Assembly (NCBI GenBank): GCA_964607835.1
Contig: CAZSLL010000002.1
Coordinates: 20,014 to 84,013, forward strand
Reading direction: 5' to 3'
DNA from: an uncultured archaeon
Lineage (GTDB): Archaea > Aenigmatarchaeota > Aenigmatarchaeia > QMZP01
Length of the DNA: 64,000 nucleotides
Under the pieces are notes generated by a model. That model searched no databases, had not been told where the DNA came from, and saw only the letters and a list, made by a program, of their open reading frames with translations. Made by a program: the position numbers and the translations under genes. This document shows, one piece after another, positions 15,001-30,000 of this stretch (position 1 is the stretch's first letter; each line of letters starts with the position of its first letter).

Positions 15001-18000
15001 GGAGAGCTCAACATAACGGTCATGGGCCGGTACGGCATAGAGATTCTCTCGCCGCTTGGTGAGGAGTACCTCAGGGGAGGCAACATCACTGTGGACCTGA
15101 ACTTCAGCGAGGAGGGCTGCGGCGAGCTCATTCCAGCCGACCTCCCCACCACCAGGACCATAACCATGGTGAGCGACTACCAGGGCACCAGCTTCTCGTG
15201 CTCCCCTGTCCAGCACAACTCATCAGCCACCTACAACTGCACGTTCAACACCTCACTCAACCCCGGCGAGATGCCTGCCAGGGGCTACTCAATAACCGTA
15301 TTCGCCAACAGCCAGTACTTCAACCCGGAGAACAGGACCACACAGTACTCCGGGAGGACGAGCGGGTTCTGGATAGACACCGCGCCCGAGCTCGCGTTCC
15401 CCGGGCTCAACACCACGGGCTATGACGGGGACACCGGAAGGAACGGGTCCTGGTCAGAGGACAGGAACTACACAATTACAGTGACAGACGAGGACGGCGA
15501 CAACGTTGAGGTGTCCTACTGGAGGCGCCAGTGGACAGGGTCCTCATGGGGCTCATGGAGCAAGATAGACACAAAATACCCCAGCGCTCCGATTGGCCAG
15601 GAGCTGGTGTTCGGGGAGGACGGGCCAACGAGCTTCTTCAACCGGCCGTCGGACTACGGGACATGGCAGTTCAAGTTCGAGGCCGAGGACGGCGACACCT
15701 GGCCAGAGGCCGGGGGGACAAAGTACTACTCCAACACCACCGGCATGAACTTCACGGTGGAGAAGGACGACATGCTCGTTGAGTACTATGAAGGCAGTGA
15801 TGTCAGCAATTGGAGGAACGGGACAGACAGCATCGTCCTGTCAGCAAAGGTATTCTCGGTCGACCAGAACAGGTACCTGGCAGACGGGGAGGCCCAGGCC
15901 ATGGTGTGGGTCACGAAGGACGGCTCGGGCTACGAGAACATAACAACGCTATGGGACCCTCCCCTGACAGATGATGACGGCTTCATCAACCAGACATTCA
16001 ATTTCACGTGCGACTATGACGTGGGGGTGCAGTACTGGAGGATACAGGCTGTGGACAACACAGACTATAAGGACACCAACAACACAGGGAACCTCAATGT
16101 CACGGTCAGGACCTACCTCAACGGAAGCATAAACCTTCCGGACTACCAGGTATTCAGGAGGACCCCTTACAACAACGTGACATTCAACATGACGGTCTGG
16201 GATGAGTGCTCGGCAGTTGACAGCCCCGGCAACCTCCTGCTGGAGATAGACGAGTCAGGCCCTGCCCCTCCCATGCAGAGGTCTGAGGCCGCAATAGAGC
16301 AGCACGGCTCAGGAGTCTACTACTACAACTGGTCCACAGGCACCAGCTCTCCAAACATCTCCAACACAGGATGGTACAACCTCACCTTCGAGATGACCAA
16401 GCAGCATTACCAGAACCTGCACGTCCTCAAGCCTGACGGCTTCATGCTTGCCACTGCCCCTGAACTCCAGTACTTCGGGGACAGCGTTAAGTCCACCGGC
16501 GCCCCTCCCCAGACAGACGGCTATGGCGGGTGGGGAGAGGAGTACGAGTTCCAGTACTGGTGCAGGAGCCCTGACGGACTGGAGTTCAACGTGAGCGTGT
16601 GGTACAAGCACAACCAGTCATCCCAGTGGACAGATCTGGGAACCCACCCATGCGTATCCACGAGCAACTGGAACTCCACTGCATATGACCAGTTCACGAG
16701 CGCCGAGTACTTCTCGTGCTCTGACATAACCCATCCCGGGGACAGTGCCTCCTTCAAGGTCAACGCAACAGACGAGTTCGGGTTCGGTGACGAGCTGGAT
16801 GTCGTGAACTACACCATAACCAGGGACAACGTCACCGTGACCAGGGTGTCATCATCAGGCATAACCATAGACAGGGAGGGGCAGGACACCGGGCTTTTCG
16901 GTTTCGTGGTCAATGATTCTGACCGCTCTGGTGAGGCCGTGGGCTCAGGGGTCTCAGGGGTGGTCTACGTGACCACGGACGGCACGAACTACAACACCGC
17001 CTACTACAACACCACAGGAACAGGCTCCAGGATGTACTTTGATTTCGACCCTGACTGCAACCACGGATACGGCGGGCAGGACTGGCTGGGCGGCGTATAC
17101 CAGAATGACACCTGCTATGTCCAGAGGAATATGAGCTCGAGCTCCTCGCTTACAGTGAGGGGCCAGCTCAAGAACTTCATTGATGTTCCCTCTCACAGGG
17201 AGGTCTACAACGTCACTGAGCAGATTCCGGTGAGGTTTAACACAACCTCAGAGTGCTCCTCAGAGGGCATGATATCAGGCTCATCCACATACCTCAGCCT
17301 CGGCGCGCCCAACGGGAGCTGGTACCCCTGCACGCCGATTCTGGACGAGGAGGGCGCTGAGTCAGGGTTTTACAACTGCACCTGGGACTCCAGCGACATG
17401 CAGGAGGGCAACTGGAGCATAAACATGACCTCCTGGAGGGCGAATTTCCTCAGCAACATGACCATTCTCAGTGACTGGTTCTGGCTCGAGAACCTCAACT
17501 CCACGAACGAGAGCATCCATGTCTCCCCTGCCCGTGATGGCTGGACCATGCCCTACAACTTCACTGTTGTCATCAACGACTCTGACTCTGACCACATAGA
17601 CTGCTCCCTGTATATAGACACCTATGACGGCTCTGGCTGGCAGCTCAGGGGAACCGACTCACTCTACAGCCCCACGGGCGTGGTTGACATGCAGTGCTCT
17701 GTGATGGTCAGCGACTTCACAGGGGAGGACATCGGGCCCAACACGTTCAGGTTTTTCATTGAGAACGGTGAGCCCACCAACGCATTCAACACCACCAACA
17801 TATCAGGCCCGACACTCGAGCCCAGCAACATTACAATAGAGCACGTGTCAGGCAACATGAGCTACGTGAACATCTCTGATGAGGTCCCGGGCTCCAGCGC
17901 CCTGCTCTCGGTGTTCGTGAACGACACTGACAACCAGTCCCTTGCGGACAATGCAAACGTGACATTCTGGGTATGGCACAACCAGACCTCAATGGCCCCT

Positions 18001-21000
18001 GAGTTCGTCAACGCCACCAACGCCTCGGGCTTCGGCAACTACTACCTCAACCCCGGCTGCAGCTTCACCCCGGGCAACTGGGAGTGGGTTGCCGGGGTGA
18101 CTGACGGGTACTATGAGAACAGGAACACGAGCACCCTGAACATCACGGTCCTCGGAACAATAACAAACACAATACTCGAGCCACTTGGCACAGAGCACCT
18201 GCGCGGCACCAACATAACCATCAGGTTCAGGCTCAACGACAGCTGCGGAAGGAACATAACAGGGGCGCAGGACATGAACATAACCCTCACCCACGAGGAC
18301 ACTGACCAGGGCTTTTCCTGCGACAACATACAGGAGGAGGGCAGCGGCCTCTACAACTGCTCCTTCAACACCTCGGCCAACCCCTCTGAGCTGCCTGCCC
18401 AGGAATACAGCATCAGCATATCCTCGTCCAAGCCCTACTACAACAACGACACCAGGCAGGTTGCCTTCGTGGGCGACACCTCGGGCTTCTTCATTGGCAC
18501 GCGGCCTGTGCTGGAGGGCCCCAACGTCTCGGCCTCGGGCGGGGACTGGACCGTGGGCTCGTGGTCAGAGGACTGGAACTTCACGGTAAACATAACCGAC
18601 GAGGACGGCGACACGGTCTTCCTGACCCTGTGGAGGAGGCAGTGGCAGGACGGGACTGGCTGGGAGGAATGGGAGGAGGTGGACACAAAGCAGTACAGCA
18701 ACACAGACCAGACCCTTGGCTACATAAAGGACAGCGCCTACACCTCGCCGGCCAGCCTGGGCAACTGGTCCTTCAAGTTCAACGCCACTGACAGCGGCAA
18801 CCTGCCACTTTTCGGCGGGCCTGAGTTCAACTACACTGCTGACGGGTTCAACTACACAATAGAGAGGGACGACCTGGAGATAACCTACTATGCAGGCTCG
18901 GGCATGGACCTGGACAGGAACGGCTCGGCATCGCTCATGCTCTCGGTCCTGGTGTACGACTCTGACCAGAACAGGTACCTGACAGGCGGTGAGGCTGACG
19001 GCTACCTCTGGATAACCAGGGACGGCTCCAGCTACGAGCAGGAGAACAGCATCTCCACCCAGAATAACGGGTTTGTCAACTATTCATTCAACCCCGGATG
19101 CCCGTATGACGTAGGCGAGCAGCTCTGGAAGGTGGGCATAGAGGGAAACAATGACTTCAAGGATGTTAACTCCAGCGTGTTCAACGTGACCCTGCACACC
19201 TTCATAGACGGCAACATCACCCACCCACACGGCCAGACATTCTACCAGGGGGCCCAGATACCCATGTGGTTTGACCTTTACGAGGGGGACTGCGCTGGCA
19301 ACCCCCTCACGAGCCCGGCCACCATGCAGCTGGTCATCAACTCAACAGACGGCTCTGCCACGTACTACGTGCCCATAGGCCAGATAAACCAGTGGGGCAA
19401 CGGGACCTACAACCACACCTGGGACTCAGCAAGCAAGGCCACCAAGTTCTTCAACATCACAGCAGAGCTCACCAAGCCCTATTATTATGACGCCGCTGTT
19501 ACCAGGGAGAGCGCGTTCGCACTCACCACTGCCCCTGAGCTCCAGTCACCGAACTACTACTCCACGAGCGACCACGCCTCCAACGACGGGGGATGGGGCG
19601 AGCTCCATGCATTCCAGGCCAACTGCAGGGACAGGGACGATAACAACGTCACCCTGAGGCTCTACTGGAGGAAGACACCTGACCACGGCTGGGAGTACCT
19701 TGACCAGCAGACCTGCAGGGGCGTGAACTACCAGACCTACACATTCGAGGACTACTACTTTGACTGCAATGACATAACCCCGTCCGGGTGGAACTCCCAG
19801 TTCAAGCTCAACGGCACAGACTCCTACAACTTCAGCGACGAGACCAACCCCGAGAACTTCACCATAACCATGGACGATGTCCAGGTGAACTACATCACAG
19901 GCTACAACCTTGACATCAACAGGGAGGGCTCAGCGAGCGGGCTCTTCCTCATAATGATAAACGACTCTGACAAGGACTACGAGGGAGTGGGCCCGGGCAT
20001 CAACGCGACCACGTGGGTCAGCACTGACGGCTCCAGGTTCCTGACCAACTACACCAACACGACCGCAGAAGACTCCATGATGTACATGTACTTCAACCCT
20101 GACTGCAACCACAGCACAGGTGAGCAGGAATGGGTCTCAGGTACCCTGGATGACACGTGCTACAAGGACGTGAATATGACCGGGGGCTCCAGGGATTTCC
20201 AGGTCTACGGCCAGCTCAGGAACAACCTCGGTATGCCCGGCCACCTAGAGACCTTCAACGTCACAGAGAACGTGAGCATAAGGTTCAACGCTACGTCTGA
20301 CTGCTCTGCAGAGGGAAGGGTAAGCAACGCCTACACCACTGTCCAGCTCCAGAATCCCTACGGAGAGTACCAGCCCTGCGCGCCCGTCATCAACGAGACC
20401 GCGCCGAGCCAGGGATGGTACAACTGCACCTGGGACTCCACTGACCAGAGGGAAGGCTTCTGGTCAATCCAGCTGAACTCCTCCAGGGCCTACTTCAGCA
20501 GCAACCAGACTCTCTACCAGGACTGGTTCAGGCTCGAGAACCTCAACGCCACGTGGACAGGGCTCCAGGTGTCACCTGCAACAGACGGGTGGACAAGGCT
20601 CTACAACTTCTCTGTGAACATAACCGACCCTGACTCTGACCTTATCAACTGCACCCTTGAAATCAACAAGTACGACGGCAGCGGATGGGTTGCACACGAC
20701 AACATGACCCTTTACAACTCCACAGGGATAAGGGGCGAGGTGTGCTGGGTAACTGTCTGGAACTTCACCGGCGATGACATCGGACAGAACAGCTACAGGT
20801 TCTACATCCAGAACGGCGAGCCCGCCAACTACTTCAGGACAGACAACTACACAGGCCCCACCCTCCAGGTTGCCAACACCTCCCTGTCCTTCGCCACCCA
20901 GAACAGCACAGAGGTCAACATCACAGGGGATTACGAGTACCTGGCCATCCTCCTCAACGACACTGACAACGTGACAGCAGGCCCGTGGAACCCGCCCGGG

Positions 21001-24000
21001 GTCAACGTGACCTTCTGGGTCTCGCACAACCAGTCCTCTGTTGACCAGGGCAACCTCACCCAGACCAACGGGACAGGCCACGCCAACGTATGGTTCGACC
21101 CCGGCTGCTCATATTCCGTGGGCCCACAGCAGTGGTGGGCCAACGCCACTGATTCCCACTACGAGATGAACAGGACGCAAGGAAACCTCACTGTCATAGT
21201 CCATGACGACCTCAACGTCAACATCCAGAAGCCCCTTGGCATGGAGTACCTCAACGGCACCAACGTGACAGTGAGGTTTAACTTGACAGACAGTTGCGGT
21301 AACCTCATAGCAGGCGCCAACATCGCCATAAACATGACCCACGAGGACTCTCTCCAGGAGTTCTCATGCGGCCCTGTCATAAGGGAGGAGGACCAGGGAG
21401 GGGCAGAAGGATGGTACAACTGCACCTTCAACACGTCATCCATACCATCCCAGGAGTACACGCTTACCATAACAGCCAACAAGACCTGGTACAATTTCGA
21501 GAGGCACACTGACCCATATCTGGACGGTTCAACGGGGTTCTTCATAGAGACCCTTCCGAGGTTGTCCAGCCCCATGATAAACACATCAATAGACGGTTAT
21601 GAGTCAGGGGGATGGGGCGAGCACTTCAATTTCTCTGTTGAGGTCACTGACGATGACGGTGACTCTGTCACGGTCTCCCTCTACAAGAGGATCTGGACAG
21701 GCGCCGGGTGGTCGGCCTGGTCAGAGGTGACCAGCACACTGTTCTGCTCACAGTGCGAGGATACCCTGGTCTACTTCGCAGAGAACCCTGAGACCTACAA
21801 TCCCTCCACTGACCTTGGAACCTGGCAGTTCAACTTCACTGCATACGATGACGGCTCTGCACCGAGGATTGGCGGGACCACCTACACCACTCAGGTCATG
21901 GGATACAACTACACGGTGGAGAGGGATGACATCACCATAAACGAGTTCATCGGAGACGGGCTATCTGTCTGGAGAAACGGCACGGATTCAGTCACACTGA
22001 CCAGCAAGGTCAATGACACTGACCTGGGCTCGCTGCTGGAGTACAACGACATAGACAGTGAGGGTATAATCTGGATAACCAAGGACCATGCCGATTTCCT
22101 GCTGGTGGACAGCTCCCTCTCCACTGACGAGAACGGTAACATGAGCTACAACTTCAACCCTGATGGGAATTCCGAGAGCTGCGAGTACGACGTGGGTCCG
22201 CAGTACTGGAAGATGGGAACCAGCGGTCACCAGGACTACAAGGACGTCAACTCGAGCAGCAGTACGGTTGTCCTGTGGTCCTTCCTCAACGGCACAATAG
22301 AGACCCCGCAGGGAGAGCCCACCAGGAGGGGCATAGACCCTGTGAACGTAACCTTCAATGTGTTTGACGAGTGTGACAACGGCGTTAGCCCGCTCAACAA
22401 CACCATAATAAGGTTTGCCCACACGAACGAAATCTACAACATAACCTCAGGCATAACCGATTACGGAAACGGGACGTACTTCTATTCATGGGACACAACA
22501 GGTCGCCACCTTGGCATGTACAACCTCACAGTAGAGCTATACAAGGACTATTACGTTGGCCTTAATATGACCCTTGAGGACGCCTTCATGCTCGGTTCAT
22601 CTCCTGAGCTAAGCTACCCGCCCACAAACTGGTACTACTCAGACGATGACGGTGGCTGGGGCGAGGACTGGACATTCAGGGTGAGGTACAGGGACGGCGA
22701 GGTCGGGGACAACCTGAACATATCCCTCTGGAAGAGGCGCACGCCAGATGATCCCTGGGAGCATGTCATGATGAAGAACTACACAGTGGAATCAACCACA
22801 TGGAGCTCCTACCTCTACTACGAGGTGGATGACTTCACCTGCGGTAACGTGACGCCCCCTGGCTGGGAGTCGCAGTACAAGTTCAATGTCACTGACCAGT
22901 GGGGCTTCGACTACGAACATGACACAGAGAACTTAACCATATACAGGGACAACGTGAGCTTCCTCTACAGGGCAGGCGATGACGCCGGGATTGACAGGGA
23001 GGGCTCTGATATTGGGAGGCTGGGCATACTGGTGAGGGACTATGACAGGTCCAACATGCAGGTCGGGGAGAACGTGTCCGGAAGGTTCTGGATAACCACG
23101 GACGGCTCGAGCTACGAGACCGGTTTCGTCAACCAGACCAACTCCTCGGGAGAGATTAGCCTCTACTTTGACCCCAACTGCACCTACAGGACAGGGGTCC
23201 AGGACTGGGTGGCAGGGACATACGGGGACGAGTGCTACTTTGATGAAAACTTCTCTGAGTTCAGCCTCACGATATATGGACAACTCAAGAACGGCATACT
23301 ACTACCTCCATACCAGGAGGTCTACAATTTGACAGAACCTGTTCCCATCAGGGTGAACATGACCTCTGATTGCCCTGGTCAGGAGGCCTCGATTAACGCA
23401 ACCTCACTAACGGTCCAGCTCCAGAGCCCTTACGGTGCCTGGCAAAGCTGCTCGCCTGTCGCCAACGAGACCCCACCCAGCGAGGGGTACTACAACTGTA
23501 CGTGGGACTCCACTGACCAGAGGGAAGGCTTCTGGTCCATACAGCTGAACTCCTCCAGGGCCTACTTCAGCAGCAACCAGACTCTCTACCAGGACTGGTT
23601 CAGGCTCGAGAACCTCAACGCCACGTGGACAGGGCTCCAGGTGTCACCTGCAACAGACGGGTGGACAAGGCTCTACAACTTCTCTGTGAACATAACCGAC
23701 CCTGACTCTGACCTTATCAACTGCACCCTTGAAATCAACAAGTACGACGGCAGCGGATGGGTTGCACACGACAACATGACCCTTTACAACTCCACAGGGA
23801 TAAGGGGCGAGGTGTGCTGGGTAACTGTCTGGAACTTCACCGGCGATGACATCGGACAGAACAGCTACAGGTTCTACATCCAGAACGGCGAGCCCGCCAA
23901 CTACTTCAGGACAGACAACTACACAGGCCCCACCCTCCAGGTTGCCAACACCTCCCTGTCCTTCGCCACCCAGAACAGCACAGAGGTCAACATCACAGGG

Positions 24001-27000
24001 GATTACGAGTACCTGGCCATCCTCCTCAACGACACTGACAACGTGACAGCAGGCCCGTGGAACCCGCCCGGGGTCAACGTGACCTTCTGGGTCTCGCACA
24101 ACCAGTCCTCTGTTGACCAGGGCAACCTCACCCAGACCAACGGGACAGGCCACGCCAACGTATGGTTCGACCCCGGCTGCTCATATTCCGTGGGCCCACA
24201 GCAGTGGTGGGCCAACGCCACTGATTCCCACTACGAGATGAACAGGACGCAAGGAAACCTCACTGTCATAATCATGGGAAGCCAGAACAACACCATAACA
24301 AGCCCCTCTGGCGGGGAGTATCAGAGGGGCACCAACGTGACAGTGAGGTTCAGTCTCGAGGATGCTGACGGGTGCGGGAGGAACATACCAGACGCCTCTG
24401 TGAACATATCCATGGTGAGCGAGAAGACAGGGCAGGAGTTCTACTGCGCTCATGTCAGCAACGAAGGCCAGGGCTGGTACAACTGCACGTTCAACACATC
24501 CCTCAATCCGGGTGTCATGCCGGCAAGATGGTACAACCTCTCCATCTCCACAGAGAGGCAGTTCTACAACAACCACACAGAGAGGTATGACCACGCCTTC
24601 TGGATTGAGACCAGCCCTGTTCTCAGTCTGGACAGCTACAGTGTGGACCCTCAGGAATCGGGCTGGGGTTCTGAGTTCAATTTCACTGTCAATGTCACTG
24701 ACGAGGACGGCGACACGGTAACTGTCAGGGCATATGAGCGGGCCTACGGGGACTCCACCTGGAACCTGCTAATAGCATCAGGTGGTGGCGACTACTCCCA
24801 GTGCAGCGGTTGCGACAATCATACAATGACCTGGACCAAGTCAGACTATGCCTGCTCGAGCCTCGGGGGCGAGGACAACATTACCAGGGAGTTCTACTTC
24901 AACGCCACTGACAACAGCGATGTGGACGAGTTCCCTGAGGAGGACATGGAGGCCACTGACCCCATGAATTTCACCCTTCTCAAGGGGCCGGCCAGCGTCG
25001 ACCTTGTCCAGGGCAACGCCACCTGGATATACAGGCCAGGTGGCTCTGAAAGGCTCATGATAAGGATTTACGACATTGACAAGGGCGGATACGCAACCGC
25101 CCCCAACCAGAGGGTGTACTTCAACGTCACCACTGACGGCCAGGGCGGCGGCTGGACGCCGAGCTCGCAAAAGTTCTCCAACCTCACGGGCTATGCCTAT
25201 TATGACTTCAACCCCGGGTGCTCGCCCAAGTACGAGACCGGAACCCAGGACTGGAAGGCCTCCCTGGTGGGGGCCCAGTGCTACCAGGACAACACCTCTG
25301 ACCTCTTCGAGGTATACATCTGGACAGACCCGCTGAACATAACCATGGACGTGCCTGACGGTGAGCATTACAGGCGTGCCGTGGACAACATAACGGTCAG
25401 GGCCCACGTGAATGACGAGTGCTCGGGCTCTGCGGGCAATGTGGAGGATGCGACACTCCAGTTCGGGGCCCAGAACGAGCTTGCATGTGTGTACACATGC
25501 ACCCAGCCCAACACCCTTGAGGAGGGCTCGGGTTGGTACCGCTGCAACTTCACCTCGAGCCAGACCTCGGGCTGGGGCGACTCGTGCCTTGGCGACTACA
25601 ACACCACCGCTGTTGCGACAAAGGCCTACTACAACACCTCGGGCACGTTCACTGATCAGGACTCCTTCTGGCTGAGCGAGGTGCCCCAGCTGTCCTGGGC
25701 GCCCACTTGGCACACGGCAGACACCTCCAATGCATGGGGCTCTGGCCACCACTTCTACTACAGGATAAAGGACGGGGAGTCATCCATAGGGGACTCTGTG
25801 GACATATACTTCTGGAAGAGCTACGGCTCGCCAGGCAACTGGACCCTGCTGGGCAACACCACGATCTCGCCGCCCACCCAGGAGAACCACCAGTTCGACA
25901 TCACCTTCAACTGCAGCGACGTGGGAACCAACTACTACAAGATAAACGCCACAGACATGTGGAACGACACCAGCACCACGGCCACGAACAGCTTCGACAC
26001 CCTGAGGAACAGGCTTTCGGTCAACTCCAGGGTGTTCTCAATCGATTCATCTGTGGACAGGGAGGGAAGCGGTTCAGCCCACCTTGCCATGTGGTTCTTT
26101 GACCTCGACGCAGGGGAGACCATAACAGAGGAGGGCATCAACGGCACCATATGGGTAACGGTCAACGGAACCGACACCTCCACCTGGGACAGCGGCATCC
26201 AGAACCAGACCAACTCAACCGGCGACCTTGGGGCATACTTCGACCCCGGCTGCGCGCCGCTCTACATGCCCGGCCTTCACTACTACAAGGGCGGGATTCC
26301 GCTCGGGCAGGACGCATGCTACTACACCCCGGCGAACAGCACCAACCAGAACATGAGCGTGAAGGCCCAGCTCAAGGTCTTCCTAGAGAGGCCTGAGGAG
26401 GGCAACACCAGCATTGTGGGCGACCTCATCCCGTTCAGGTACAACCTGACCTCTGAGTGCGGGGACCTGGTCAACGACTCCACGACAACGATAGAAATGG
26501 GAGACTACGAGGGGGTCTGGGAGTCCTACGTGCCCAGCAACGAGGGGGACGGCTGGTACAACCATACCCTTGACACGGGCTTCCACAAGGGGGGCTGGTG
26601 GGACATCAGGATAAACGCCTCAAGGTCATGGTACTACCGGAACACCACGACCTGGTCTGACTGGTTCTACCTCCAGAACACACCGCCCACCATAGACAAC
26701 GTCTCCGTGAGCCCTGAGGAGGGTCCCTGGGGCGGGGTCTACGAGTACAGCGTCAGGATATGGGACCTTCAGCAGGACAACGTGACGTGCGAGCTCTGGG
26801 TCTCAACAGACGGCGGTGCAAATTACTACATGAAGAACTCGACTGAGATAATATGGGGAAGGGACTGGTGCAACCTCACGGTTGGGGACGCCCTTGACGG
26901 CACGGAGTTCAACTGCTCTGACATGGGAACAGACAACAGATTCTACTTCAGGATAGACGACAAGACAAACATCAACTACACTGACAACATAACTGGCCCC

Positions 27001-30000
27001 AACCTCACGGCTGACACGGCCATGATAACCTACATCCAGGGCAACGGCTCTGTGATAGACAGAGACGACACCTCCCCGGACAGCGAGGCCCTCTACAGGG
27101 TCTACGCCAACGACACGGTCAGGGTGGGCCCTGTGCTCGAGGGGACTGACATAACATTCTGGACCACCTACAACATGTCCCTCTTCGACGACGGCAACTC
27201 GAACCAGACCAACTCGAGCGGATTTTCCAGCTACATGTTCAACCCCACGTGCTCTGAGCCAAAATACGAGGTAGGCCCCCAGGAATGGAAGGCAGGGGTA
27301 ACGGATTCGTGCTACGTCCCTGTGAACACGAGCGACAACTACTCCCTGGAGATATGGGGGAGCATATACGGGACCATAGACAGGCCGAACCCGGGCGCCA
27401 ACACCTTCCAGAGGGAGGCCTCCAACATAACAGTGAGGGGCTACGTGGAGGACGACTGTGTTGACACCAAGACCGGGGTCAACGTGTCATTCAACTTCAC
27501 CCACCTCGACACAGGGAAGTCATACGACTGCCTGTACTACTACACAGAGGCCATCATATACTACAGCTGCGAGCGCAACTCAACAGGAATGAGAGCAAGG
27601 TGGTACAACAACACCATGACCTCCACCATGGAGTACCACTACCCGAACACCACGACAACAGAGTCCAACTTCGAGGTCTTCACCAAGCCCGTCATGCTCA
27701 ACCCCACTGCCCTGACAGACCCGGGCGGGTGGGGCGAGAGGTTCTACTTTACCGTGAACCTGACTGATGAGGACTATGACGAGGTCACGGTCAACCTCTA
27801 CGCAAGGAAATACGGGGAGACCGAGTGGGGCCTTCCAAAGAACGACACCTCCACAGACACAGCCCTCGGGGAGATACTCAGCCTCTCCTTCGAGGACGCC
27901 TACTGCCCGAACATAGGGACCTGGGAGTTCTACTTTGAGTCAGAGGACAACCGCACCCCAATGGGCATGACCAATGACACCGGGGCGGTCAACTTCACCA
28001 TAGAGAAGGACGATGTCTCAGTCGTATACGAGCAGGGCGACGGGTTCTACGTCTGGAGGAACGGCTCTCACAGCAGGAACCTCATAATGAGGGTATGGGA
28101 CAACGACACCAACGACTGGGCGGGCTCTGGCGTGAACTCCACATTCTGGGTTACCAGGAACTCCTCGTCAGGGACCTGGGACCCGGGCAAGTACGAGGTC
28201 AGCAACGCCTCCAGTCACCTTGTCTACGGCTTCACGAGCGAGATACCTGAGTCAGAGTGCAGCTACGAGCTCGGGCCGCACTACTGGAAGGCAGGGACAG
28301 GAGGAATCAACGATGACATGTGCTACAAGCCCGTGAACTCATCCTCATACAACCTCTATCTCAACTCCACGATGTTCCTGACCATACACGAGCCCTACGG
28401 CCAGGGAATACTCTGGGGCACACCCCTCAGCGTGGTGGGCTTCATCGAGGACGACTGCAAGCCGGTTGAGAACGTATCGGTGAGCTGGGAGTTCATCAAG
28501 GGCCAGAACTCATGGACAAGGACCCAGGACCAGGCCAACCAGAGCCAGGGCTGGTACAACTACACCTGGACCGAGACCCAGAGGAACGTGGGCTATTACA
28601 ACATAAGCATGGAGGCTGACAAGGAGTTCTACGGTCCCAACACAACCCTCAAAGAGGACGCCTTCTTCATAGCCCTTGCCCCGGACATACTCTCAACAGG
28701 CATTGACAAGCAGCTCGGGGGCTGGGGCGAGACCTATGACATATGGGTTAGGGTCACTGACGCAGACAACAACTACGTCAACATTACCCTCTGGAAGAGG
28801 CTCCTCAACGAGACAAGCATGGAATGGGGCGACTGGGAGCTCGTGGACCAGAAGTGGCAGGACCAGCTCGGCGCGACATACCTGCACTACTACGAGTACT
28901 TCACGTGCGCTGACATGGGATGGAACCAGTTCAGGTTCAGGGCAGTGGACGAGTTCAACTTCAGTGATGACACCAACAAGACCGTTATAAGCGACTCCCT
29001 CGAGCTCAAGAACAGCTCCCACGCTTTCGGAGCAATTCACGACGCCTCGGGCCAGGCAGACACGGGCTTCGGCCACACAGAGCAGGCCGCGCACTCCGGA
29101 TACTACAAAGAGTTCAACATCACTGTCCACAACCTGAACGGGACTGCAATGTACTTCGACCTCGAGGTGGGAGGGGTCCAGGTGGCCCAGAACCAGAGTA
29201 TGGATGACGGCCAGAACGCCACCATAGACGCCATCGCATCAGTAGGGGCGTTCACACTTCCCGGGGGCACGGATGTCAACCTCACTGTGAGGGACGGCCA
29301 GGGCGGTCCCGCGGGGGCCAATTACACCGCCTACCTCAACACCACCCAGGCCTATCAGGAGTACTCATACAGCGACTACTACTACCTCCCCTACGACACC
29401 CAGTCCTTCAACATCACGGTCCAGAACCACAACGCAAGCACAATGTACTTCGACCTGAGGGTGAACGGGCAGTGGGTGGCCAGGAACCTGAGCGCCGGGT
29501 CAGGGCAGAACGCGAGCTATGATGCCCGCAGGCAGGTAGAGATGGACCTCTCCACTGGCACCCAGAGCATACTCATCAACGTCACCAACAGCTCGGGCTC
29601 CTCGGCTGTCTCGGACTTCTCGGTCTACCTCGACTACGTCACAGGCGTGCACGAGTTCTACCTGCAGGAGGACAACGTCTCGGTCTACCTCTGCGACGGT
29701 TCTGTCTGCTCTCCTGCCAGCAACACGACCGTGAGGAGGGAGTCCTCTCAGGACGCCTACCTGAACATAAGGGTGAGGGACACTGACTTCGGGAGCTACC
29801 CGAGCGGTGTAGACACCAGGTTCTGGGTGACAGAGGACTTCTACAACTACACAGAGTACCTTGACTGCACCACCGCATCAGGCGGGTACTGCGACGAGGA
29901 CTATGACCCTGACTGCGATACGGTCGCAGGGGTCCAGAAATGGAAGGTCCAGACCACAGACTCATGCTACCAGCCCCTCAACACCTCGAGCAAGAACCTG

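Larger units (their letters stand above)
5470..29000 (+). repeat. Intragenic tandem array of about 23-24 divergent ~1 kb (~340 aa) modules, with the three module types recurring every ~3.07 kb
   Basis: Three motifs recur at ~1 kb spacing. The 'DGWG/GGWGE..NF[ST]V.V.D.D.D.V.V.LY/LW' motif appears at about 5.54, 6.5, 7.5, 8.5, 9.5, 10.5 ... 28.7 kb. The other two are 'F[ND]P[GD]C.Y..G.Q.W.AG......CY' and 'G.G.YNCTW/YNCTFNTS'. Three unit types alternate: 'YNCTWDSTD' at 11.3, 14.3, 17.4, 20.4, 23.5 and 26.5 kb; 'YNCTFNTS' at 12.3, 15.2, 18.35, 21.4 and 24.5 kb; and 'GNGTY..SWD[ST]' at 16.3, 19.4 and 22.5 kb. Confidence 0.8.

Noticed and set aside
20419-24270. Identical 780-bp copies as an insertion sequence or MITE
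   Set aside because: The copies are in-frame protein-coding sequence. They lie in the same orientation exactly one super-repeat (3072 bp) apart, with homologous diverged flanks and no terminal inverted repeats or target duplications. Intragenic conversion or duplication, or assembly collapse, explains them better.
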